A DNA stretch of 64,000 bases from Hyphochytrium catenoides (Eukaryota; Protista; Hyphochytriomycota): NCBI GenBank assembly GCA_900088475.1, contig FLMG01000787.1:62001-126000 (forward strand), given 5' to 3'. Within the stretch, counting starts at the first letter, position 1, and each line of letters starts with the position of its first letter. The position numbers were made by a program, and so were the translations under genes. Positions 1 through 11,733 of this stretch are shown here, piece by piece. The notes under the pieces are model-generated. The model was not told the origin of the DNA, did no database searches, and saw only the letters and a list, made by a program, of their open reading frames with translations.

Positions 1-671
1 CTGCTAGAAGGTGGGTTGCAACTGCTCGATCGCTAGACCGTCAAAGCTGGCTGCGGTCGGGTGTCACGGATGGCTCTCCTACTTCATGGTGTGTCTTATC
101 TTCCTGGATGCATTATCGCTGGTACGCCTACAACCATTCAGCAGCGACTTCCTCGATAGCTAGAATTTGGAGTCGTCTCGCTCCTTTTGGGAGTTATGGA
201 CGCTCGGTCAAATGGTCCCTTATCCTTCTGGATGCTTGCAGACAACGAGGATGTGGAACCGGCCGGCAGTAGGGTGTGAATAGAGAGCACGGCAGCAGCC
301 AGAATTGATCAGCGGCAAGACGACAGGTCCTATCACCTTAGTGGCTTTCTCCATGTTCGGGTACACACTTATATTTGTTGTGAAGGTCTAAGCTCAGGGA
401 GCCCTTGTGACGAAGTGCCCCTTTTACCTCCAAGGAGGATTATTTGTTGTTCTTACTTCCATTTCTAAGCGGGATTGTCTTACAGCATCTGCACAGAGCA
501 AGCCCTAGACTCAGTTTCCTCACTCCACCATGGTCCCAAACCCTAAGCTCGAAACCCGTCGCCCCTGCATCCTCCCTTACGCCGAGCGTGGGCCAGATTC
601 TCATAATAAACAAACTCCAAAGCCTCAAGTGCATCCGCTGTATAGAATTCGGACAAATGGCAAGAAGAGGC

Positions 672-1084
672 CTACAAGCTATGCCTCAGGTATCGTTCCC
701 CGTAATACTCAAGCGCGATGGCTCCAGCCACCGCGGTGACTCCTGCTGGAAAGATCTTTCCAGAGGACATGAACCTAGAAAAGAGGGAGTGAGGTGCATA
801 AGCTTACTTTCGAACAGTATTTGACAAGCACGTACTTACCTCCTGGCCATGACGGCCGTAACGACAGAAGAAACTCCGACCGCTATCTGGTAGCCAAGCA
901 GCACCTTCGAATCATCCAGCAGTGAGCCGGAATACAAGAGACCAGCTCCTAGGGAGGCACCGGCGATGAGAGACATCAGAGAGCGCCTCTTCAAAAAGCC
1001 CATTGAACCCCCAAGAACCAACAAGCTGCCTACGATGTAGGCAACCGCCGACTCGCGCCCAAGAAAGTCAAAAGCCGCATCCAT
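672..1084 (-). CDS. TMEM14: TMEM14/FAX-family small membrane protein, 2 exons
   Basis: Exon 1 reads MDAAFDFLG...GGSMGFLKRRSLMSLIAG...VMAR. A GT-AG intron (gtaagt...ttctag) joins it to RFMSSGKIFPAGVTAVAG...HSL*. GG-x-GF-x-K-x-S-x-x-SL-x-x-G and RF-x-x-SGK-x-x-PAG are TMEM14 signatures. Confidence 0.85.
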
Positions 1085-1843
1085 TCTTATCATCGACAAA
1101 GCCCAGCAGGATCTGGACAATTAATATGACTTGCGTTGTTTTGGCCTTGGGGTATAATAGAAGAGAAGAGTAAAAGACCTGGAAGAGAGGTTTTCCTTTG
1201 GCTGACTGGTCGTAGCAGGTTAAGAAAGGATGCTCCTTCTGAGTGGTGGCTTCGTCTTCTTGCAACTGGGTGATGAGGAAGAGAATTGCCAGAGATAAAT
1301 CCTAGGGAGGTCTTGAAGGCCTGCATTAGGCCTTAGGCCTCTCTTTGTCGTCTTTCTTTGCGCTGCCAGGTTTTCTTCTGTCTGTTCATTGCTATGAAGT
1401 CTAGGGTAACCCGGTTATGTAGGCTCGGGAAGGTATCAATAATGGATCTATGTAGAAACAGGTACGAGTACTGTACGAAGTATGCGATTTATGGTGAAGT
1501 TGGTATGTGGGTGGGTCTTAGATGGGGACTCATTTGGCTAACTAGGGTGCCATCCTTGTAATGGGACCAGTAGGAAAGACTGATGGCTTTTATAAAGAGA
1601 ATAGTAGGTCCTACCGGCCCAGGAGAGAGGATTTCTATTGTGGTTCTGATGGGTTCTTATGTGGAGCCTCCAGTTGACAGCCGAGTTGGGCGCACAGAGA
1701 CATGTGGGCGCAGGTGGAGACTGGGTAAAACTTGCGCTCAGAGCACGGCAGCAGATGCAAGCACCACGAAGCCTTCATAGCGATCGAATACACTGCAGAT
1801 CCTATATTTCATGTCATCATTTAGGAGGATGAGTTAGAGGTAG

Positions 1844-3724
1844 ATGTCGGAGACGGTAGGGACCATGCCCAAGAGGAGTAAGCGGCCCTCGAGTGGCCGT
1901 GGCGACAATCTAGCCACTTGCAAGACTGCCGAGGGGCCAGCCAGCGTCGACAACAGTCATCTCAACCATTTAAGGCAGGGCCTTCCACTGGAAAAGGTTG
2001 ATGTGCGTCAAGATGCCAAGAAAGGCAGATATCTCCTCGCAACATCGCCATTTAAGCCAGGTGAGGTGATCTTCACCGACACGGCGTTCGTTTATGCCAA
2101 CTGGTATACGTTCAAGTGTATTATGTGTGATCAACCTCATCGTAGTGAGAGCTGTGCTGTGGTGAGAGAAATGTAAGACATTCCTCTTGATCAAAAGTCG
2201 GTTAAATGTCTAAGCCTTTTACTGTCCATCCAGCTTTCCAAGCGACGTAGTTGACCACATTGCGGAGATCGAGGCACAGCTAGTCGACCTGGAAGCGGTG
2301 TCCTCTTTAGACCGCGCCAGGGCGCTAATAAAAAGCTATCAGATGCTAAAGGAAGACATGGTACCACGAGGACTCTGAGATGGTGCCCCCTCCCAATCTC
2401 TATCTGCTACTAACTCTGTGTCGTTCTCCTACTCTACTCCTTTCTATCGCATCCTTACTTCTTCTCCCCATCGCACTCCATAGCTAAATAGTATTCCTCA
2501 CCCTTTCTCCATTTTCTCTGCCTCATAGACCCGACTCGCGTGTTTGGAACCGCTAACTAAAGCTGGGATGGCGCGTAGCTTGGCTTCTATCAAGAAGATC
2601 AAAAAGTCAGATCTACTTAAGCATATTCTTCCTTCGGAGTTATCCAACAAGGAATTGGCATCAGTCCTAAGCGCTTTGAACACAAATTCCCACGAGTTGG
2701 AGGACATTGGAGGGTCTGGACTCTTCCTGCTTGGTTGTCTCATGGAGCATTCCTGCCGCCCCAGCTGCAATTTCGTTACCGACGGCACTTCGTTGACAGT
2801 CATAGCGACGGAAGGTGAGACCAACACGTTCTTTGCTTCGTTGAGCCGAAATAACTGTTCTTCATAGACATCGCAGTCGGGATGCCCCTATCGATTGACT
2901 ATGGCGACTTCTTCTATCGCCCTACGGCAGAGAGACAAGAGGAGTTGCAGCAAACCTATGAGTTTCAGTGCACATGTCCTCAATGCACAACCGAGTTCGA
3001 TAGATGTCGAGCCTTTCAGTGTAACGTCGGCCAATGCGCGGGCCCAGTTTGTCCAAAAGGAAGTGGTCAGAACCTGTCAGATTGGGTCTGCGTTGCATGT
3101 CAGAGAGGCTTAACGTTGAAAGAAAGGAAGGCGTGTCTGGCTGCCGAGTATGATGCGGAAGAAGTGCCTCCCGAATCGTGGGAGGAAAGGCAGAGGGTAG
3201 GTTCGCTTCGTCTTTGCCCTAGCCTCTTGCCCTCACAGTTCCGCTGTTGTTATCTCCAGGTATTGAGAAGAAAAGTCCTGCATCGGACGCATTATCTCCT
3301 ATTCTGGCCTTTAGAGGCTTTGGCTAAAGACATGGCAGAGAACCGGCTAGAATATGCTCAAGATGAGATTCTCCAAGTGTGGCAGGAGGTCCTAGCCAAC
3401 ATCGAGGTCGTCCTGCCTCGGTGGCATGAAGAAAAGGGTGTTTATTACGATGGTTATGCGCAGGTCCTCATCACGCTTGGAGACATTCAAGGAGCGAAGG
3501 CTGCGTACGGTCGTGCCTTTGAGATCTACAAGATGGCGACTGGTCTGTCCTCCAAGGCTGCTGGACAAGTGCAGCGTCTCTACGAGAGGACACCTGAGAC
3601 TGTAGAGGAGATGATGTTCCACTATAAGAACATACAAGACGCCATAGAGGAGATGCACTATCAGGAGCACAACGAAGGTTTGGAGGAGGTAAACCGGGCA
3701 CGGGGTGCTCTGCACATTTCATAA
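1844..3724 (+). CDS. SMYD-like SET-domain lysine methyltransferase with helical/TPR-like C-terminus, about 5 exons
   Basis: N-SET KGRYLLATSPFKPGEVIF, Cys/His cluster CIMCDQPH..C, LMEHSCRPSC, SIDY and post-SET FQCTCPQC. GT-AG introns near 2172-2232, 2361-2528, 2816-2867 and about 3197-3259 keep the frame. Confidence 0.85.
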
Positions 3725-4040
3725 CTTGTATGAGAGGACTCCTATTCCTCGAAGGCAAAGAGATGAGGAATAGACTAGAGGGCGTGAGAATGGTAGACTG
3801 AATTACCGGCGACGGTAAGAGGAAAAATCACGACAGGCGAGGATCCAGACTCTTGTGCATATCCTTATAGTTTGCCTTTATTTATTTTGCTGTTGCTAGT
3901 CTTTGATACCTCCCACTATGCCTATCAATCTGTTTTCTGACTAATGCTGAGACTTATGCTATCCGAGACCCAATCTCGCTTACATCGAAGTTGCAAAACG
4001 ATACCATGCACGACATACAGAAGGGTTCTTTCAACGGTGC

Positions 4041-5252
4041 TCAGCAGTCGATAGCTGGACCTGGCAAGAGGGGGATTTTCTTGCAGTATATTCTCTCCTG
4101 GCCCCCAGTGGTCGCCACATCATAAGTGACAAAATAGGCCTTCATATAGTTGCTTGTCATTTGAAGATCCGTGAAGGCGTAAACTGAGCGTTCCGGTGCC
4201 CAAAGGGTGGTGATATCGCCATCAGGAGGCAACCTTCCAGCATGTGCATCTAGCCGTATGCCACCGCCAGCACCGTTCATCAGGATATGGACTCTGGCAC
4301 GCTTGCTATAGTCGTGAGCAGTGCTGTGGGTGTGCCCACACATCCATACGTGTGCTTGTCCAAGGACAGTTTGAAGGAGAGTCTCAAGTTCAATGCCACC
4401 AATGTGCCTAGAGGGTCAGTAGTGACTGTTGACGACCTTCCAAGTGGCGTTTGAGTTTCTTAGGTCCGACGCTAGCTGCTCCATACCCTCAAAGAAGTGC
4501 TTCTTCAACACATCTCTGCATCCCATGAACGTTTCTTTGGGAATACCACTCAGCCTATCAGCACACTCCCGGTAACCCTCCTTCTGACAACAGATGCTTC
4601 CAGTGTTCGCAAGGTTGGTGTCTACATTAAAGACCTCGACAGAGACTCGGGACTGTGGTGACTCGTAGTACCGCTTGTAATAGGGACCATCATACGTCAG
4701 GCGTCCGGATCCTGTCTTGCGCGCGCTGTATGTCTGAGTGGCTGTGTGGTACATAAGGACAGCATCCATGGCTTCCTGTCTGCTCTGGCAAGGCACGTGC
4801 CATCGGTCGTGGTCTGCGCTTGTGCCTGGGTCCCTACCACATAGAAACGCGTTGCCGCCAATGTCGTGGTTACCCATAGTCACAAGGAAGGGTACCGTTG
4901 CAAGGCTTGGCGCTGAGTAAACTAGCTCAAAGGCTTCGCGAAACTTTTCGTGGTTAGGATGTGCCAAGCCGCCCCAATAGAAGTTGTCTCCATGCGTTAT
5001 TACCGCTGATAGACCTTGTTGCTGCTCCGCCGCAGCATATTTTCCCATGAGTTCTGCCAGGTTCTTTTGCGCATCCTTTGCCGCGAGGGTCTCTGTGTTT
5101 GTGTTGCCCCAATCTCCGATACCGAACAGCCGTAAGGACGGTTGCTCAAGCTCTTCATCAGTGACGGCATATGCCTTTTCTCCCCACGAACCCAATACAT
5201 GCATTGCGACACCACACAGTAATAGAGGTGACAATGATCGCGACAGCTTCAT
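4041..5252 (-). CDS. Secreted purple acid phosphatase / calcineurin-like metallophosphoesterase, intronless, interrupted by one in-frame TGA at 4416-4418
   Basis: Signal-peptide-like N-terminus. All five metal motifs lie in one frame: GDWG, GDNFY, GNHD, VNSH, GHTH. ORFs 4416..5252 and 4041..4343 share a frame and are joined by TGA-PSRHIGGIELETLLQTVLGQAHVW. Confidence 0.85.
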
Positions 5253-7099
5253 ATTATTTGTAATGGTCGCCTGGGCGGTAGTAGCTCGTAGATAAATGTG
5301 CCGAACTGTGCACTTCTTTCCCTTTATTGTTTTGAAAGCTGGAGTTAGTTGAATCTTGCGAGCAGGATTTGCTTGATGAGAAGGAAGAGGGAGGAGGATG
5401 TGGACTGGACGGCGCTAATTGTGGACTGATGCAAAAGATCGGTGACATCCTCGTCCAGAGCTTTCTGGCAGTAGACAATCCGTACAAGCAAGATTAGCGG
5501 TGCACCAGCCATGCAACAATTGCTAACATACAAGAAGCAACCGCAGTGATTATTAAGGTTGGTCCAGACCTCGGACGCGCTTGAGACCTTGGACGCACTT
5601 GACCAGAACTCTTACAGTTGGACAACACGGAGAGGCTAGTGCATGTCGCCACACTTCCTCTCTAAAGGCACCGGCTCTCTTGTTGTCATTATCTACCGGC
5701 ACTACTCTACTACTAGTGAAGAAAGATTTGTTGAATAGAAGAAAGTGGGAGGTTGCGTCATGCGTCTCTTAGTACTAGGGCCTAATAACAAGAAGCTCAT
5801 CAGCTCCCCCTGAGCTCTCCCTCATACGAAGCCGCCAACAAGAATACCTAAGTAAGACGAAGGCGGATCGATGATGAGATCGTAAGTTGGGAAGTTGCTG
5901 GAGCCTCTACAGCTTGAGGTTCTCCTCCTCCTCCAGTCTTCTTCTGTCACAAACAGAATAGAAGAAGCATGTAAAAGTGAGGAGGAGGACATCAAAATAG
6001 CAAGAAGCGATGGTATTGATGACTGTATGTGACGGTGGCCAAGACTAAGATGCTGTGAAGGCGATGATTGTGTCAGCTTCCGCAAAAACACGAGGATGAT
6101 GTTGCTGCTGTGACCAATATAGCGAGTTCGTTATCATCTTCTTGATTGGCGGGTGGCCGAAGCCATGGACCCTCAGTAGCATTACCTCCTCCAGTATATA
6201 TTGGTGGTGTACGGAAGGAATGATGATACGACAGTGCTGAGATTTTGATGGCAGCTGAGTTTATTGTCTTAGTCGATACAGCCAGACTTCAGGCAGAGCG
6301 GCGCAAAGGGCAGCATAAGGTGGACGCGGAGCGACGACATTGGTTATTACATGGTATGGGGCTAAAGAGCCGTATCAAGAGCTCCTCCTCTCAGAGCATG
6401 GCAGCTGCCACCGCCGCCAAGGGAGCCACTTCAGTGCCGCATCATCTCTTTAGCTGCCACTTGTTGCTCGTGTGATGGCCCACAGGAGCGCCTTTAAAAG
6501 CCCCACAGCTGCGGCAGGAGGTTTCGGTCATGAGAATCTCCTCGAATAAAACGTACTCCGCACGAGTTAGATAGTAGTCACCTCGATGATGGCCCCAAAC
6601 CGAGGTCCGTTCGCTTCTTCTCTTCTTCCAAGCCTGAAGCCGCAGCAGCAGCGAGGAATGGATGGCACAACAAGGCAACAAGGAATGGATGCAGCAGACT
6701 TCACTCTGCTCTTCTTCCTCTACAAAGCTTCCCGTCACCACAGCTTATCCAGCCGCAGTGCAGTGCAGTATCCGGTGCCACTCCACCATTGTGTCCAAGA
6801 GGCTAAGAATCATCCTTTTGAAGATTCAACAGAATAAGAAAGGGTATGAGGGGGGTATCGAGAGGGTGGTGGAGGGAGGGGTTGCAGGGTGTGTGGTCAC
6901 GGATTAGTCATATTCTAGCCATTATAGACCAAGGATTAGGAGGCAACCCCCCCCCGGCGTAGAAGTCATTCCCCACATCCCTCACTCCATTCTCCTCTCT
7001 CGTGTCATCAGTCATCAAGACATCACATTCAATGATCAATTACCACCAGACAACCGACACAAGATAGTCCTAATCTACGACCTTCACACAGCACAGCGG

Positions 7100-8289
7100 A
7101 TGAACCTCTCCCATCCCAATAATAGAGGAGTCTACATCCAGAAGAACCTGACGCATAGAACTACTCTCCTCTTTCCCCTAGTTTGTGTGATGACAGTGGA
7201 AGAAGGGAGCGCCGGTTGCCGCAGATCATCTAGGAAGCGGCTGCGGCGAACAGCGCAGGAGCAGCAGTTATTATTGGGGTCGCCTGATGACCATGACGAC
7301 GCGGCGGCAGCGGGACCTGGCCCCCATTGCACGCTGATGGTGAACGCAAAGAAGAAGAAACGCCGGCACAATAGCGACGGAGGTTTAGCATTATCATGCA
7401 AAACAGGATCTATCATCGGCGATCGTGTCACCTCTCCTCGTCCTCCACCTCCACCTCGAAGTCAGTCAAAACGTCAGAGCACAAAAAGAGGAAAGGGCAT
7501 CCAAGCCCTTCCTAAAGATACACTCATAATCAATGAACCGCAGCAGAAGTCTTCCCATAATGAAGAAGATCAAGGAGGACTAGACCACAGAGCTGCGCCT
7601 ACGTATACTATCCCTGTTGCCGTGAGTCAGAGGGAGGACTACTATCCGCTTGTGCCTTTAGCCAGTCTCCCGCACAACTTACTAAGGCAACGGAGCAGCG
7701 CTCTTGACTTCTTTCCATCACCAAAAACAGAGGGCTTTGCNNNNNNNNNNNNNNNNNNNNNNNNNNNNNNNNNNNNNNNNNNNNNNNNNNNNNNNNNNNN
7801 NNNNNNNNNNNNNNNNNAGTGTTCAAAGCCGAGTTTGAGGGCATTTCAGCGGCTTGGAAGCCAGCATATCTTCGCTCGTCGCCTGGCGTGCTCTTCTTTA
7901 ACAGCGAGACTCGAGCGTATAAGCGGCTGAATGAGTTAGGAGTGCACTTTGTTCCTCGACTTCTTTTCTCAGGCGTCTGGCAGACAAAGGTAGGGCGCCA
8001 GGACGAGTTGACGAGACTCTTGGTGACGACCGCTGTTGAAGGATCTCCCAGGTACAACAGCTGGACATTGAGACAAGCAAAGAATGTAGAAGCAGTATAC
8101 AAGCTGTTGCATGAGAAATACTATATAGTCCATGGAGTGCCTGTGGAGCGGAATATCTTGTTCACAGAAGATGACGAGGTCCATCTCGTCGATTGGGCCA
8201 ATTTTAGGGAGTGTGTCGGCACAAATGACCCTCTAATCCGCAAAGAACAACAGCAAGTATCAAGGCTTATAAAGACGATGACTCAATAA
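7100..8289 (+). CDS. Small atypical protein-kinase-like domain lacking the catalytic Asp (pseudokinase or pseudogene), preceded by a low-complexity region; spans an assembly gap
   Basis: VFKAEFEGISAAWK (beta2-beta3 Lys), ETRAYKRL (alphaC Glu), VPRLL, HGVPVERNIL (HGD...N loop with D>V), VDWA (DFG-like). The join to the 7100 ORF cannot be verified because of the N gap. Confidence 0.55.
7741..7817. other. Assembly gap (run of N)
   Basis: Seen directly. Confidence 0.99.
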
Positions 8290-9023
8290 AGTAGCTAAGA
8301 ATCATCCATCGTTCAGCAGGCGACGAGATTCTTCCGTTGTTGGCATTAGAACATCTAACCCACAAGGCTGGCTGGACTCTGTAGGCTTCTTTTGTCTGCC
8401 TAATAATTCATGGCTTTGCTGACGGCGTCTTATCGTGCCAGCAGCGGCATTCACTAAGTCTCTTGTTGTTACTCCCTCTGTCATACAGCTATTGTCTCAA
8501 CCCGTCCTATAAGCGACCCTTTGATTCAATGATCATAGACCACTCCTGCATATTGCATATCCTCCCTGCTTTCCCTTGCCTTCTTCCTACATTTGCCTCT
8601 AGAGTATCCTTCTCGACCAAGACATATCTGCGATAATACTACCGGTGCAGAAGTCGTCTTGCAGCAGCACCTTGACCGTTTAGTAGACATCTCCCACAAC
8701 CCGACGTTAAGTGGCGCGCATTTGAGCTGGAACCGATTTTGCCAAGAAATAGTCACAGTCTCCATGCAGAGTGGCTTTTATATAGCCAGGCTGTGGTGGA
8801 TATGAGTCTTGCCGTCGTACTGTCGTTCAAGGTTTAGTCGGGGGACGCAAGCATAGTTCAGAAGCACAGACTTCTGACATCTGTAATGCTTTTATGGGAG
8901 AGAAGTTAAAGCGAAGTCAAAACATAGCCGGCGTCCTATCTGCATAACGTAATAGTTTAATAGGTCCTCCTTGAATGGCCCAGCAGGAAGCCTGGTAAGC
9001 TCCACCCCGTTTTCCGAACGAGG

Positions 9024-11119
9024 TTAGAATCCTGTATCCTTCGGTGACGCATGCTGAATGATCTGTCGAAACATTTTCAGAGCCATTTCTGGTGCATCTG
9101 CAGGGACCCTGTGCAACGGAAACCCAATGGGTTTTGTCAAAGAAGTCCAGCCGATGTCGTACGTGCATAATACTTCGAGACGTCAGGGAAGAAAGGGAGC
9201 AAAACTTAAGTAGACAGAATAAAGGGGAAAGACAATTAAGCCCAGACAGCTACTTGCCCGACCGAGGATGGCGTTGAGGAAGTCAAGGGGTGAGCATACG
9301 AGGAGCGAGTGAGCGAGAGAAAGAAAAGCTCTGGCATAGAACATTGCGGCGGCCTTACATGTGTCCAGCCATCATAATCCAGTAGAACTCAAAATTTTGG
9401 AACCTCTTGACGAAACCGTCAGGCATTATGCTACTGTCCTTCAGATTCTTGGCACCACTAGCGTAGAGAGGGGTGCGTATGCTATTCCTGAAGTATGGCA
9501 AACCAGGCCATTCTAGCCTGTCAATCCAGGCTTCTGTGCCCAGTGTGTTGCAAATAAGGTCCAGCTGGCCTTCATAGACGGTCACCTTGATTCGGCCGTC
9601 CCTCAGAAGGGAGTCTACACTGGCCCTGCCCCTCACTACAGGCCTCATGAAGTCCTCCCTTAGTTTACCAAAAACTTTGGCGGAGGAGACTGAGAAGGTT
9701 ACTGAGTCAGGAATCTTCGGCTTCCCCTCATCCGAATTAAAATGAGCTCTAATGACCGTGTTTATGTACTGCGTCAGCTTTTTCTCGTCGAGAATAGGGT
9801 CCTTCTTCCTGTGGATCGAATAGTAGAAGGGGTCAAAGTCCACGGCAGCAATGATCTGCTGCTCTATCTCTTCCCATATCTTGGTGGCAAGAGTTCCATT
9901 GCCGTTATGTAGCGCCATTTCACACTTTGATGATGCCTTGGCGAGTTCCATATCAGTCCTGTCGTCAATCCACCCAAGTGCTTTAAGATATGGGCCCCAG
10001 CTCTTGACATAATCTGGACGACGAACACACGCTACAACGTCAGACTGAGTAGCAAGGTTATATGACATGGAAGTTAGCTGACCTATAGGGGATATCCAGC
10101 TATCGCCAAGAGCGATACCTTCGAAGTTAATCCGTATCTCTCCTAGCGTTATAGCACGAAGTAGGGTTTGAGCGAATCCAACTGTCATTTTGCCTCCGTA
10201 GCTCTCCGAAAAGATAAATAGAGATGTTTCCTGAAAAGCTGGGTGCTTATTAAGAAATTGCTTGAAGAATGACAGTAGGTCTGTGGCAATTTGGTCATTG
10301 TCTCTGGCGTATAAGTCTTCACTGTCCGCATAGCTGAATCCAGTGCCAACAGGGCTATCAATGAACAAGAGATTGGCATCCTTGGCCCACGTGTGTACTC
10401 GGGCCTTTTCTTCTATCTCTCCGGTCTCTGGATTGAGCTCAATAGAGCGTGGCCCAATCTCCGCAAAGTTTCCAAAGCCTACGGAACTGGCACCCGGCCC
10501 TCCCTGTCGCCCTGGGTAAGTAGAAGCAGAAAACTGCATTCACATTCAAATTGAACCAACCTGAAGCCAGATCACCAAAGGAGCTTTCGCCCTCATCTCC
10601 TTGTTGAGACAGCCATACATTACGTAAAAAAGGTGGGCCCCTTAGTCAAGAAAGCGGGCTATTGTTTAGTGTCCGTGCGGTTTCATTACTTCCAAGAAGA
10701 AGAATCCATTCGCTTACCTTCCCTGACATCAATATATCCCCAGTCCTCATCCTCAATGGTCAAGTTCGGCAAGGAGACTTCATTAAGTTTAACCTCCGCC
10801 TTATCGACAGAAGCTGGGAATGTAGATCCGCCATCACTTTCGAAGTGCTTTACCCCAACATCTTGCATTCGCAAGTAGCCGTTGGTCTCGTCATCTCTCT
10901 TAGTCTCAACAATGGAACTGTCAGTAGCAGCACCAGGCTAATGGGGTTTGTCAGAATAGTATCTCCAGACAGTCCTTCTGGCACTGCCCTTTTGGCTCTT
11001 ACCTCGTGACCTTTTTCTGAAAATACTTCTGACAGCGCTTCCAGCTCCAGGCTTAGCCCATCCTGACGTCCTACTGATAGTACCACCAGAGTAAGGGCCA
11101 ATCCTCTGTATAGCATCAT
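9024..11119 (-). CDS. SCPEP1: Serine carboxypeptidase S10, SCPEP1/RISC-like, secreted, multi-exon
   Basis: Signal peptide, WGYIDVR, IWLQ|GGPGASS.GFGNF.EIGP, DSPVGTGFSY, catalytic ESYGG, DLIC, AGHM|VPAD. Last exon VPADAPEMALKMFRQII...GF* ends at 9024. Confidence 0.9.
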
Positions 11120-11733
11120 CTTTCCCGTCCTGGCGATGCAGAGATTTTCGATGTTGTCTCAATCTTTTCTACTTATCACAGCGTTGGCTAGCCCTCGTGC
11201 GGCGCATGAGATAGATGTCTTAACCGCTTTCTTAGCATCGAAAAATGCCATCATCAATCATCAGAACCGCGCTCAACCCAAACTCCAGATTGAAGATCAG
11301 ATGAAGCAAAGATTCCATGAGGTTACAGATCATTGGAGTTAGCGGCTCCTGTCAAGATTATGGGTTACCGATAACTAGTGATCAAATAGTTTTGATTCGA
11401 TTGTGATATAGATTTTTGTTCGTTTCGTTCTTGGCACTCACTCGTCTTTCTTGCCGCCACCATCACACCATCAGCAGCAGCAGCAACGCACTGGCCATCA
11501 TGATTGCCGTGATCTCACATCGGTGCCTTCAAACCAAAGCTAACCCATGCTGATGCTACTGCTGTTGATTGAGCTACCAGAGGCTGATTATTACCTCTCT
11601 CGCACAGTCGATAAGAACACTTCGTCGCCAGGCTATAAATAAGGATGACGGTGTAGGCTTTCAGAGAACAAGGCTGTCCCTTAATAGTCGGGAAGATTTG
11701 ACTGCCGGTTCTGGTCGTTAACAGGCAAGAAAG

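Noticed and set aside
1-650. Possible gene at the window start
   Set aside because: No frame or splice combination I tried gave a recognisable protein.
3725-4040. Canonical SECIS element for the TGA-containing phosphoesterase
   Set aside because: No (A/G)UGA-N11-12-AA...GA kink-turn pattern is visible on the minus strand before the AATAAA at ~3880; only short unrelated hairpins.
4410-4438. Micro-intron removing the TGA (CTGAC...CTAG looks like a branch point plus acceptor)
   Set aside because: Possible introns of 19, 26 or 29 nt shift the frame and delete the metal-ligand His.
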